DNA of 64,000 bases from Planctomycetota bacterium (GTDB lineage Bacteria; Planctomycetota; B15-G4; JADJEK01): assembly GCA_044225365.1 (NCBI GenBank), contig JBGAIQ010000002.1, forward strand, positions 1 through 64,000, read 5' to 3'. The position numbers and the translations under genes are program-made. The notes below the pieces were generated by a model that saw only the letters and a program-made list of their open reading frames with translations, did not search any database and was not told the origin of the DNA. This document shows positions 12,808-21,106 of the stretch, piece after piece (within the stretch, counting starts at the first letter, position 1; the number at the start of each line of letters is the position of its first letter).

Positions 12808-13980
12808 ATGAAGCACTCCATCGCACGAAGCACTTCGTTCGCCACCGTCGTTTGCGGCGCGCTCCTCGGTCTTTCGATCCTCGTCGCAAGACCGCTCGAG
12901 CGCGCCGTCCTTGCACCTCCCTACTTTCCGCCGCCTTCGGGGTGGGAGAGGAAGGCTCCCGCCGAAGCTGGAGTCGATGTGAAAGCGCTCACCGAGGCGA
13001 TCGAGTTCGCGCAGGCGCACGAGTCCGATCGCGCGATGGACTTCTCCGACCAGGAGAAGATCTTCGGCGCGCTTCTCGGCTCGGTGCCGACGCGGCGCGC
13101 GCACACGAATGGCGTCGTGATCCTCCACGGCTACGTGATCGCCGAGTTCGGGGACACGACGTACGTCGATCCCACGTACTCGGTCGCGAAGAGCATGCTC
13201 TCCACGATCGCGGGCGTCGCGGTGCGCGACGGCAGGATCAAGGACTTGAACCAGCCCGTCGGAGCGATCGTGAAGGACGGCGGCTACGACTCGCCTCAAA
13301 ACTCCGCGGTGACTTGGAGGATGCACCTCCAGCAGGAATCCGAGTGGCAGGGTGAGATGTGGGGGAAGAAGGACGATTTCGTCGGCGCCGCCGCGTTCGG
13401 CTCGGACGAGCGAAAACCACGCGCGATCGAACCCCCCGGCACGCATTACGAGTACAACGACGTCCGCGTGAATCGCATGGCGCTGTCGCTCCTCGAAGTG
13501 TTCGGGAAGCCGTTGCCCGACGTCTTCGACGACGAAGTGATGAGCGTGATCGGCGCGAGTCACTCGTGGAAATGGGTGCCGTATCACAACAGCTACGTGA
13601 CGCTCGGCGGGCTCCGCATGGCGTCGGTGAGCGGCGGCACGCGGTGGGGCGGCGGGATGTGGATCGACGCGTGGGATCTCGCGCGATTCGGCTACCTCTG
13701 GTTGCGGGGCGGGAATTGGGCGGGGCGCACGGTCGTTCCGCCGGAGTACGTGAAGCAGGCGCTCACCGCGAGCGCGCACGGCCCCGACTACGGATTCCTG
13801 TGGTGGCTCAACACGCAGGGCAAGAACTTTCCCGGGCTGCCGAGGAACGTCTTCGGCGCGCGCGGCGCCGGCGGGAACACCGTCACGATCTCGCCCGATC
13901 ACGACCTCGTCGTCGTCTGGCGCTGGCACTCGGGGAACGAAGCGGACTTCATCGCGCGCATCGTCGCCGCGATCCACTGA
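12808..13980 (+). CDS. Serine hydrolase (beta-lactamase/AmpC-like superfamily)
   Basis: SxxK motif YSVAKS, YEYND, DLARFGYLWL, YGFLWW, GARGAGG; N-terminal signal. Confidence 0.9.
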   Translation: MKHSIARSTSFATVVCGALLGLSILVARPLERAVLAPPYFPPPSGWERKAPAEAGVDVKALTEAIEFAQAHESDRAMDFSDQEKIFGALLGSVPTRRAHTNGVVILHGYVIAEFGDTTYVDPTYSVAKSMLSTIAGVAVRDGRIKDLNQPVGAIVKDGGYDSPQNSAVTWRMHLQQESEWQGEMWGKKDDFVGAAAFGSDERKPRAIEPPGTHYEYNDVRVNRMALSLLEVFGKPLPDVFDDEVMSVIGASHSWKWVPYHNSYVTLGGLRMASVSGGTRWGGGMWIDAWDLARFGYLWLRGGNWAGRTVVPPEYVKQALTASAHGPDYGFLWWLNTQGKNFPGLPRNVFGARGAGGNTVTISPDHDLVVVWRWHSGNEADFIARIVAAIH

Positions 13981-14120
13981 CCCTTCGCGAATCGTCCATC
14001 CGACTTCGGCAGCGGCGGAATGAATTCTTGTTCGTTCGCGCGGGCGGCCTCGTTTCCCAGCCCGCCCAGCCGCCCAGGCCCGCGGCACACTTTGCATTCT
14101 CATCCCGATAGGAGACACCC

Positions 14121-15035
14121 ATGAATCGACTCGCGACCCCGATGACGAACTCGACCCACGCGATGCATCCTTCGAAGAACGGCGTCGCTCCCGACCTTCC
14201 CCGACAGATGGATCCCTCCCGCGAAGCGGCACAGATGGGTGAAGCGAGTGCATTACCTGGCCTGATGCGCCGCACGATCGTCCTCGCCTACGGTGTCGCG
14301 TGCTACGCGCTGTTCTTCGGTACGTTCCTCTACGCGCTCGGCTGGCTGAGCGGAATCGGCGGGCTCACGCCCACGACGCTCGACGCCCTGCCCAGGCCCG
14401 GATCCGCATCGACCGCGACCGCTGTGATCATCGACCTGCTGCTGCTCCTCGTCTTCGCGGTGCAGCACAGCGTGATGGCGCGCCCCTGGTTCAAGCGAGC
14501 GTGGACGAAGATCGTTCCCGTCGCCGCGGAACGCAGCACGTACGTGCTCTTCTCGAGTCTGGCGTTGATCGCGATGTTCGTCGCGTGGCAACCGCTCGGC
14601 GGGGTCGTGTGGGACGTCGAGAACTCGATGCTGCGCATGGCCATCCTCGTGGCATTCGCGACCGGAGCGGGACTCGTACTCGCGTCGACCTGCCTCATCC
14701 ACCATCTCGACCTCTTCGGTCTGCGACAGGTGTGGCTGTACTTCCGCGGTCGCGAGTACACCGCGCTGGCGTTCAAGACTCCGGTCTTCTACCGCTTCGT
14801 GCGCCATCCGCTCTACGTCGGATGGATGATCACGTTCTTCGCGGCGCCGACGATGACGGCGGCGCACCTGCTGTTCGCGGCGGTGACGACGATCTACATG
14901 CTCGCTGCGATCCGGTGGGAAGAGCGCGATCTGATGGCGGCGCATCCCGAGTACGCGCAGTATCGACAGCGCGTCGGAATGTTGTTTCCGCGTCGTTCGA
15001 ACGCGATACGCACGCGCGAAGGAATCGGCGTATGA
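14121..15035 (+). CDS. mddA: Methanethiol S-methyltransferase (MddA; ICMT/NnrU-like membrane methyltransferase)
   Basis: FAVQHSVMARPWFKR.WT, ERSTYVL, WQP, HLDLFGLRQV, YRFVRHPLY, PTMT..HLLFA, EERDL match the MddA pattern; AGGAG RBS. Confidence 0.85.
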   Translation: MNRLATPMTNSTHAMHPSKNGVAPDLPRQMDPSREAAQMGEASALPGLMRRTIVLAYGVACYALFFGTFLYALGWLSGIGGLTPTTLDALPRPGSASTATAVIIDLLLLLVFAVQHSVMARPWFKRAWTKIVPVAAERSTYVLFSSLALIAMFVAWQPLGGVVWDVENSMLRMAILVAFATGAGLVLASTCLIHHLDLFGLRQVWLYFRGREYTALAFKTPVFYRFVRHPLYVGWMITFFAAPTMTAAHLLFAAVTTIYMLAAIRWEERDLMAAHPEYAQYRQRVGMLFPRRSNAIRTREGIGV

Positions 15036-15187
15036 GGCCCTCGACCGAACGCATGGCGCTCGCATGCACGCGGAGCATCGGGTACTTGCTCTTCCTGCTG
15101 AAGGGGATCTTCCGGATCGTAGCAAGCGTGACGGCGCGTCTTGTGTCGCCTGCGTTTGCACCACGATCGACTTTGACTTCGAGATGA
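15032..15187 (+). CDS. Possible 51-aa small protein coupled to mddA
   Basis: ATGA overlap with the mddA stop and AAGGAA upstream; sequence MRPSTERMALACTRSIGYLLFLLKGIFRIVASVTARLVSPAFAPRSTLTSR. Confidence 0.35.
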   Translation: MRPSTERMALACTRSIGYLLFLLKGIFRIVASVTARLVSPAFAPRSTLTSR

Positions 15188-15295
15188 CACTGGACTCGTG
15201 CCGCGCTCCACGACACGATCGAGTGATCGATCGCGGTGGCGCGGCGTCGTCGCGACCCTTCGTCGTCGTGAGCGCCACGCCCAGTAGGAAATACA

Positions 15296-16090
15296 ATGAG
15301 CACACACTCGAGTCTCTTCAACGTCACGATCCTCGGTGCGGTTGCCGTCCTCGGCGTGGTCGCGTTGGCGTCCGCGAATTCGAAGGACGATTCGAGGGAA
15401 GCGCGCACGGTGCTCGTCACCGGCGCGAATCGCGGCATCGGGCTCGAGTTCGCGCGCCAGTACTCGCTCGCCGGTTGGAGGGTGATCGCGACGGCGCGCG
15501 AGCCCGGTGCGGCGACGGAGTTGAAAGCGCTCGGGGATCGCGTGGAGATCCTGCCGCTCGACGTGACGAAGGCCGACAGCGTTGCCGCTCTGGCGACGAC
15601 GCTGAAAGGCCGCGCGATCGACCTGCTCATCAACAACGCCGGAGTCGGCGTTGGCGTCGATCCCGGAACGGGCCTCGCCGACGTGAAGGTCGACGATTTC
15701 GCGCACATCCTCGAGGTCAATCTTCTCGGCCCGGTGCGAGTGACGCAGGCGCTGCTGCCGAACGTGCGCGCGGGAAAGGGCAGGACAATCGTCAGCATCT
15801 CGAGCGGGCTCGGCAGCATCACCGACAACGAGCGCGGTGGATACTACGGCTACCGCGAGAGCAAAGCCGGACTCGACATGTTCGTGCGCAACCTCGCGGC
15901 CGAGACGAAGAGCGCGGGATTCATCTGCATCGCGATGACGCCGGGTTGGGTGAAGACCGACATGGGCGGGCCGAACGCAACGCTGACTCCGGAGCAGAGC
16001 GTCACGGGGATGCGCAAGGTTCTCGATCGCCTCGAGCCGAAGGACACTGGAACGATGTGGAGCTACGACGGCACCCATCCCGCGTGGTAA
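15296..16090 (+). CDS. Short-chain dehydrogenase/reductase (CsgA/C-factor-like) with N-terminal hydrophobic segment
   Basis: TGANRGIG, LINNAG, YxxxK (YRESK), PGWVKTDMGG. Confidence 0.92.
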   Translation: MSTHSSLFNVTILGAVAVLGVVALASANSKDDSREARTVLVTGANRGIGLEFARQYSLAGWRVIATAREPGAATELKALGDRVEILPLDVTKADSVAALATTLKGRAIDLLINNAGVGVGVDPGTGLADVKVDDFAHILEVNLLGPVRVTQALLPNVRAGKGRTIVSISSGLGSITDNERGGYYGYRESKAGLDMFVRNLAAETKSAGFICIAMTPGWVKTDMGGPNATLTPEQSVTGMRKVLDRLEPKDTGTMWSYDGTHPAW

Positions 16091-16153
16091 GAATCGAAAT
16101 CCTCGGTATCCTGCTGCGGAGTTCGGTCCGAGCGAACGAGCCACTCCGACCCG

Positions 16154-17494
16154 ATGGAGCGCCGCGTGCAGACGAAGATCGAGTCGAACCGCAATCTCTA
16201 TCGAATCATCGGGGCGTCGTCGGCCGGCACTCTCATCGAGTGGTACGACTTCTACATCTTCGGATCGCTCGCGACGATCCTCGCCGCCACGTTCTTCCCG
16301 AAGGGGAACGAAACCGCCGCGATGCTCTCGACGCTCGCAACCTTCGCGACGGGCTTCGTCGTGCGACCGTTCGGCGCGCTGGTGTTCGGTCGCATCGGCG
16401 ATCTCGTCGGCCGCAAATACGCGTTCCTCGTCACGCTCCTGCTCATGGGCGGCTCGACGTGCGCGATCGGGCTGCTCCCGACCTACGAACAAGTGGGCAT
16501 CCTCGCCCCGATCCTGCTCGTGCTATTGCGACTCGTCCAAGGCCTCGCGCTCGGCGGTGAGTACGGCGGCGCGGCGACGTACATCGCCGAGCACTCGCCC
16601 GACTCGCGGCGCGGTTACTTCACGAGCTTCATCCAGACGACGGCGACGCTCGGCCTCTTCGTCTCGCTCGGCGTCATCGTGCTCTGTCGCACTCGACTCG
16701 GCGAGGCGAGGTTCGCGGAGTGGGGCTGGCGCATTCCGTTCCTGCTCTCCGTCGTGCTCGTCATCTTCTCCTATTGGTTGCGGCAGACGCTTTCGGAGTC
16801 ACCCCTCTTCCAGCGGATGAAAGCCGAAGGAAAGGGGTCGGCGACGCCGCTGCGCGACAGCTTCGGCAACAAGGCGAATCGAAAGCTCGTGTTGCTCGCG
16901 CTGTTCGGCGCGACCGCGGGTCAGGGCGTCGTGTGGTACACGGGCCAGTTCTACGCGCTCGTCTATCTCCAGAATGTCCTGAAGGTGGAGTTCGTCCTGT
17001 CGAACGAGATCGTCGCCGCGGCGCTCCTCCTCGCGACGCCGTTCTTCGTCGTCTTCGGCGCGCTCTCGGACCGGATCGGGCGCAAACCGCTCATCGTGAT
17101 CGGCTGCCTCCTCGGCGCGCTGCTCTACATCCCGATCTACAAGGCGATGACGGCGGCTTCGGGGGCCTCGCCCGCGGTGGGCACGCTCGTGCTGCTCGTC
17201 GCGGTGCAGGTGTTCTTCGTGACGCTCGTCTACGGGCCGATCGCCGCCTTCCTGGTCGAACTCTTCCCGACGCGCATCCGCTACACCTCGATGTCGTTGC
17301 CCTATCACATCGGCAACGGCGTGTTCGGCGGTCTCGTGCCATTCGTCTCGACGTGGCTCGTCGACAGGACGGGCAATCCGTACGCGGGCCTCTACTACCC
17401 GATCTCCGTGGCCGCGATCACGGCGATCGTCGCGCTCACTTGCGTGCAGGAGAAGCGCGGCGTCCTACTCGAGCACGACGCCTCGGCGAGTTGA
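16154..17494 (+). CDS. MFS transporter, metabolite:H+ symporter family
   Basis: GTLIEWYDF, RPFGA..FG..GD..GRK, RLVQGLALGGEYGGA, WGWRIPFL, ELFPTRIRY. Confidence 0.93.
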   Translation: MERRVQTKIESNRNLYRIIGASSAGTLIEWYDFYIFGSLATILAATFFPKGNETAAMLSTLATFATGFVVRPFGALVFGRIGDLVGRKYAFLVTLLLMGGSTCAIGLLPTYEQVGILAPILLVLLRLVQGLALGGEYGGAATYIAEHSPDSRRGYFTSFIQTTATLGLFVSLGVIVLCRTRLGEARFAEWGWRIPFLLSVVLVIFSYWLRQTLSESPLFQRMKAEGKGSATPLRDSFGNKANRKLVLLALFGATAGQGVVWYTGQFYALVYLQNVLKVEFVLSNEIVAAALLLATPFFVVFGALSDRIGRKPLIVIGCLLGALLYIPIYKAMTAASGASPAVGTLVLLVAVQVFFVTLVYGPIAAFLVELFPTRIRYTSMSLPYHIGNGVFGGLVPFVSTWLVDRTGNPYAGLYYPISVAAITAIVALTCVQEKRGVLLEHDASAS

Positions 17495-17500
17495 ACCCGA

Positions 17501-18970
17501 TCAGGGTGCGGTGCGGGTGATCGCGTTGGAGGCCGAGAATCCGGCGATCCCCGACGGATCGACGATCCAAGCCTGCGTCGTGATCGGCTGACCGGATGCG
17601 AGCGGCGACGGAACGAAGAGATCGAGGGCGATCGTTCCGTTCGCGCTCGTCGTCATCGGGAGCAGGATGTCCGGTGCGGGGACTACGAGTCCGCCGGCGA
17701 AGGGCAGGTTGATCTGCGAGAAGCCGACGACGATCCACGCGGATGCCGCGCTCTTGGCGTTCGACAGATTCCAATGCAATGTCGAGCTCGTCTCGAGTGC
17801 GCCACTTCCCGTGAGCAGCGGTAACCCGTTCGACCCCGCGAGCGCGTGTCCAAGGTCGGTCCAGGGATTCGCGGTGACGGTCCACTTCACGGCATGGAAG
17901 AAGCCGTTCGCCGCGTTCGCTTCACCGACGATCTCGCCTGTCTGATTGATGCGTCGAGCGCGACTGATCGTGCCGCCGGGGAGCGTGCCGAGGTCGATCG
18001 GCACGCCGTTCCGCCAGAGCACGCCGACGTCGAGCGGGTAGCCCTTCGAACCCGTGGCGATGATGTCGCCCGAGTCGTTGATGTCGATTGCGGGCGTGAA
18101 CGCCGAGACTCCCGGCGGCATGGGCAGCGGGTGAACGGCGCCATTGCTGAAGGTGCTCGCGACGCTCGCATTGAGACCGACGATCGTCCCTTGGTCGTTG
18201 ATGCCGTAGGCGATCGACGAAGCGCCGCCTCCGCTCCACGAGCTGAGGTCGGTGAACTGCCCGTTCTTCCAGAGGAAGGCGTGTTGATTCGTATTCGCCA
18301 CCGCGGCGACTCCGACGACCTCGCCGAGATCGTTGATGCCGTAGGCCTCGGAGAATGTACCGCCACCCATGAAGCCGAGGTCGGTCTGGAATGCGTTCTT
18401 GGACCAGACGGCGGCATGACCGAAGAAGTTCGGCGAACCTTGTTGACCCATTCCCGCGATCTGACCCGATGCGTTGATCGCGTGCGCGCGAACCAGATTC
18501 GAGAGCCCACCCGGGATCCCCGGCAGTTCGAACGGGTGGTTTCCCGCGTCCCAATAGATGCCGAAGTAGATGCCGCCCGAATAGACGAGCTGACGACCCG
18601 AGATCTCGCCCGCGTCGTTCACGTCGTCGGGCACCGACGCCGCGGACGGGCTGAGGCCGGGAATCGTCGAGATCTGCCCGTTCAGCCACTGCACGGTCTT
18701 CAGCGCGCCGTTCGAGTCGTACGCCATCCCGACGATCTTGCCGGTGTCGTTGATCGCATAGGCCGAGGAGTAGATGCCGCCCGGGAGAGTGCCGAGGTCG
18801 GTGATCGTCACCTGCCAGGATCCTCCCGGTCCGCTCGCGAAGGAGTACGACGAAGGGCTCGTCATCGTGCTCGGAGGAGCTGCGATCGCTTCGAACGAGA
18901 CGCTGGCGAAGAGCGTGCTCGCGATCACGAAGACTCGGGAGGACTTGAATGCGTCGATGTGGAGGGGCAT
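17501..18970 (-). CDS. Secreted HAF-repeat protein with conserved C-terminal domain
   Basis: Repeats DLGTLPGG..S.AY(A/G)IN..G.(I/V)VG and HAFLW; C-terminus WTDLGHALAG...QAWIVDP..SNAITRTAP. Confidence 0.88.
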   Translation of the reverse strand: MPLHIDAFKSSRVFVIASTLFASVSFEAIAAPPSTMTSPSSYSFASGPGGSWQVTITDLGTLPGGIYSSAYAINDTGKIVGMAYDSNGALKTVQWLNGQISTIPGLSPSAASVPDDVNDAGEISGRQLVYSGGIYFGIYWDAGNHPFELPGIPGGLSNLVRAHAINASGQIAGMGQQGSPNFFGHAAVWSKNAFQTDLGFMGGGTFSEAYGINDLGEVVGVAAVANTNQHAFLWKNGQFTDLSSWSGGGASSIAYGINDQGTIVGLNASVASTFSNGAVHPLPMPPGVSAFTPAIDINDSGDIIATGSKGYPLDVGVLWRNGVPIDLGTLPGGTISRARRINQTGEIVGEANAANGFFHAVKWTVTANPWTDLGHALAGSNGLPLLTGSGALETSSTLHWNLSNAKSAASAWIVVGFSQINLPFAGGLVVPAPDILLPMTTSANGTIALDLFVPSPLASGQPITTQAWIVDPSGIAGFSASNAITRTAP

Positions 18971-19028
18971 GGCGGGCTCTCGAGGTAACGAGGTCGACTC
19001 GGAGTAGCGTTACGTCCGTGTTCGATGC

Positions 19029-21035
19029 TCAGGGCGCCGTTGAAGCGATCGCGTTCGACGCGGCGAAGCCCGCGATGCCGAGCGGGTCGAGGATCCACAC
19101 TTGTGTGGAGATCGTCTGTCCCGAGGGCAGCGACGCGGGCACGAACACGTCGAGCACAAATCCTCCGAGCGAGGTGGTCGCGGTCGGGAGCACGATGTCG
19201 GGCGACGGAACGAGGAGTCCACCTGCGAACGGGAAGCCGATCTGCGAGAATCCGATGACGAGCCACGCGGTGGCCGAGTTCCTTGCGTTCGTGAGCGTCC
19301 AGTGGACGGTCGAGCCCGACGTGAGCGCGCCAGTGCCCGTGAGCAGCGGGGTGCCGTTCGTTCCCGCGAGAGCGTGCCCGAGGTTCGTCCACGCCGTCGA
19401 CGATCCGGTCGACGCGACGCACGCGGAGAACTCGGAGGTCGAGGAGTTCGCCGAGGTGGAGGTCGCGGTGATGAACGATCCGGTGGCGACCGCCGCCGGG
19501 AGGGTGACGTCGAACGCAGCGTTGCCGTTCGCATTCGTCGCTAGCGTCGTCGATCCGACGTAGTTCCGACCTTCGCCGTAACCGGACGAATCGCACGCAG
19601 CCGAGGCGTAGAAGTCGAGCGTGAAGCTCGACGACGGCGTGCTGTTCAGCGTGCCGACGATTCGGACGCTCGCTCCGAGGATCGTCGCGGAAGAGAGTAC
19701 CGGGAAGTTCTGTAAGTCGTTGCCGCCGACATCGGTGTCGAGCGCGTCGTTCGCGGTGACGCCGGTGAGGAAACCACTCGTGACGAGATCGATGCCGAGT
19801 CCTCCGTTGTCGTGGATCGAGTTGCCGGTGATACGGACTCCGGAGTAGGTATTCGAGATCTTGATGCCCGCGAGGACATGGCCCGCGATCTCGTTGCCCT
19901 CTCCCGCACCCGTTCCGCCGATCGTGACGCCGCTGATCGCGCCGAGGTAGTAATTGACCGTCTCGATTCCCGTCACGCTACCGAGCAGCGGTTGGTCGTT
20001 CGCGTCGAGGCCGATCTTGTTGCCCGTGATCGAGATGCCGCTGCCGATCCCGTAGATCTGGATCGAGTTGCCGACGAGCCAGCCCGCGTAGTGGGGACCG
20101 ATCCCGTGGCCGAGGATCCCGGCGATCCGGTTGTTGCGGACGACGGCGTCATGGTTCTCGTTCTCGAAACCGATACCCGTCGTGGTGGCGAGGTGGCCTT
20201 GAGCGAGTCCGTCCTTCGTCGTGCCGATCCAGTTGTTCTCGACGACGACTCCCACCGTGTCGAACAACTGCACCGCGACGCCGCCCGGAAAACCTTCGCT
20301 CGACCAGGTACCGGAGCCCGTGATGAAGTTGCGCTCTGGGGGCGTCGGACCGCCGATACGGACGTTTGCGGCCGGCTGGCCACCCGCGATCCAGCCGAGC
20401 ACTCGCACGCGCTGCACCGTATTGCCGACGACGACGTCGTCGCTGGAGCGGTCGATCTTGATCGTTCCACCGGTGTTGCCTTCGCCGGGATTCGTGCCGC
20501 CGATCTGCGCGAACGGCGAGTCATAGACTTCGATACTCGTGTTCGTGTTGCCCTGGATGACGTTTCCCGAGCCGCCGCTCACGGAGATCGGCGAGTTGTC
20601 GAGCCCCTTCACGAGGCTGCCGACGTTGTCGACGAGATACGTCTGCGCCCAGATCACGACCTCTCCGCCGTCGCTGAACGTATTGCCGGTGAACGCGGTC
20701 TGAGTCGTGCCGTCGAGGACCGCGGTGTCGAACAGCCGGAAGCCGAGGAACGGCTTCAGGACGACGCGACCGGGATAGAGCCACTGGTATTGCCAGTCGC
20801 TCTGCGGCACGTGGAAGCCGATCGTCTGGACGCCGGGCGTGTTGTCGGAAGCGAGGCCCGCTTCGGCGAGCGAGACCTTTCCGTCCGGGCCCGGGAGATC
20901 CGCGACCTGTTGCGCGCCGCCGAAGTCGACGACGTCGTCCGACGTGGTCACGAAGATCGATTGCCCGCTCGCGGCGCTTGCGAACGCGAACGACAGCATC
21001 AGCGACGGGAACAGGATGGAAGTCGGCGAGTTCAT
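19029..21035 (-). CDS. Secreted parallel beta-helix (CSLREA-like) protein with conserved C-terminal domain; alternative start 21110
   Basis: Signal peptide ending ASG|Q; VTTSDD...DGKVSLAEA; GN.IG repeats; NGGLGIDL..GVTAND..D.D.GGN.LQNFP; TSEFS; C-terminus WTNLGHALAG...SNAIASTAP. Confidence 0.85.
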   Translation of the reverse strand: MNSPTSILFPSLMLSFAFASAASGQSIFVTTSDDVVDFGGAQQVADLPGPDGKVSLAEAGLASDNTPGVQTIGFHVPQSDWQYQWLYPGRVVLKPFLGFRLFDTAVLDGTTQTAFTGNTFSDGGEVVIWAQTYLVDNVGSLVKGLDNSPISVSGGSGNVIQGNTNTSIEVYDSPFAQIGGTNPGEGNTGGTIKIDRSSDDVVVGNTVQRVRVLGWIAGGQPAANVRIGGPTPPERNFITGSGTWSSEGFPGGVAVQLFDTVGVVVENNWIGTTKDGLAQGHLATTTGIGFENENHDAVVRNNRIAGILGHGIGPHYAGWLVGNSIQIYGIGSGISITGNKIGLDANDQPLLGSVTGIETVNYYLGAISGVTIGGTGAGEGNEIAGHVLAGIKISNTYSGVRITGNSIHDNGGLGIDLVTSGFLTGVTANDALDTDVGGNDLQNFPVLSSATILGASVRIVGTLNSTPSSSFTLDFYASAACDSSGYGEGRNYVGSTTLATNANGNAAFDVTLPAAVATGSFITATSTSANSSTSEFSACVASTGSSTAWTNLGHALAGTNGTPLLTGTGALTSGSTVHWTLTNARNSATAWLVIGFSQIGFPFAGGLLVPSPDIVLPTATTSLGGFVLDVFVPASLPSGQTISTQVWILDPLGIAGFAASNAIASTAP

Positions 21036-21106
21036 GTGCGGTCCTTTCGAGGAGTCCTTTTCGATCTGCGATCCGTTCGCGCCCGTTGGTTTCGATGATC
21101 GAGGAT

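Noticed and set aside
14083-14096. Sigma-54-like CGGCACACTTTGCA upstream of mddA
   Set aside because: GG-to-GC spacing is 8 nt rather than the required 10.
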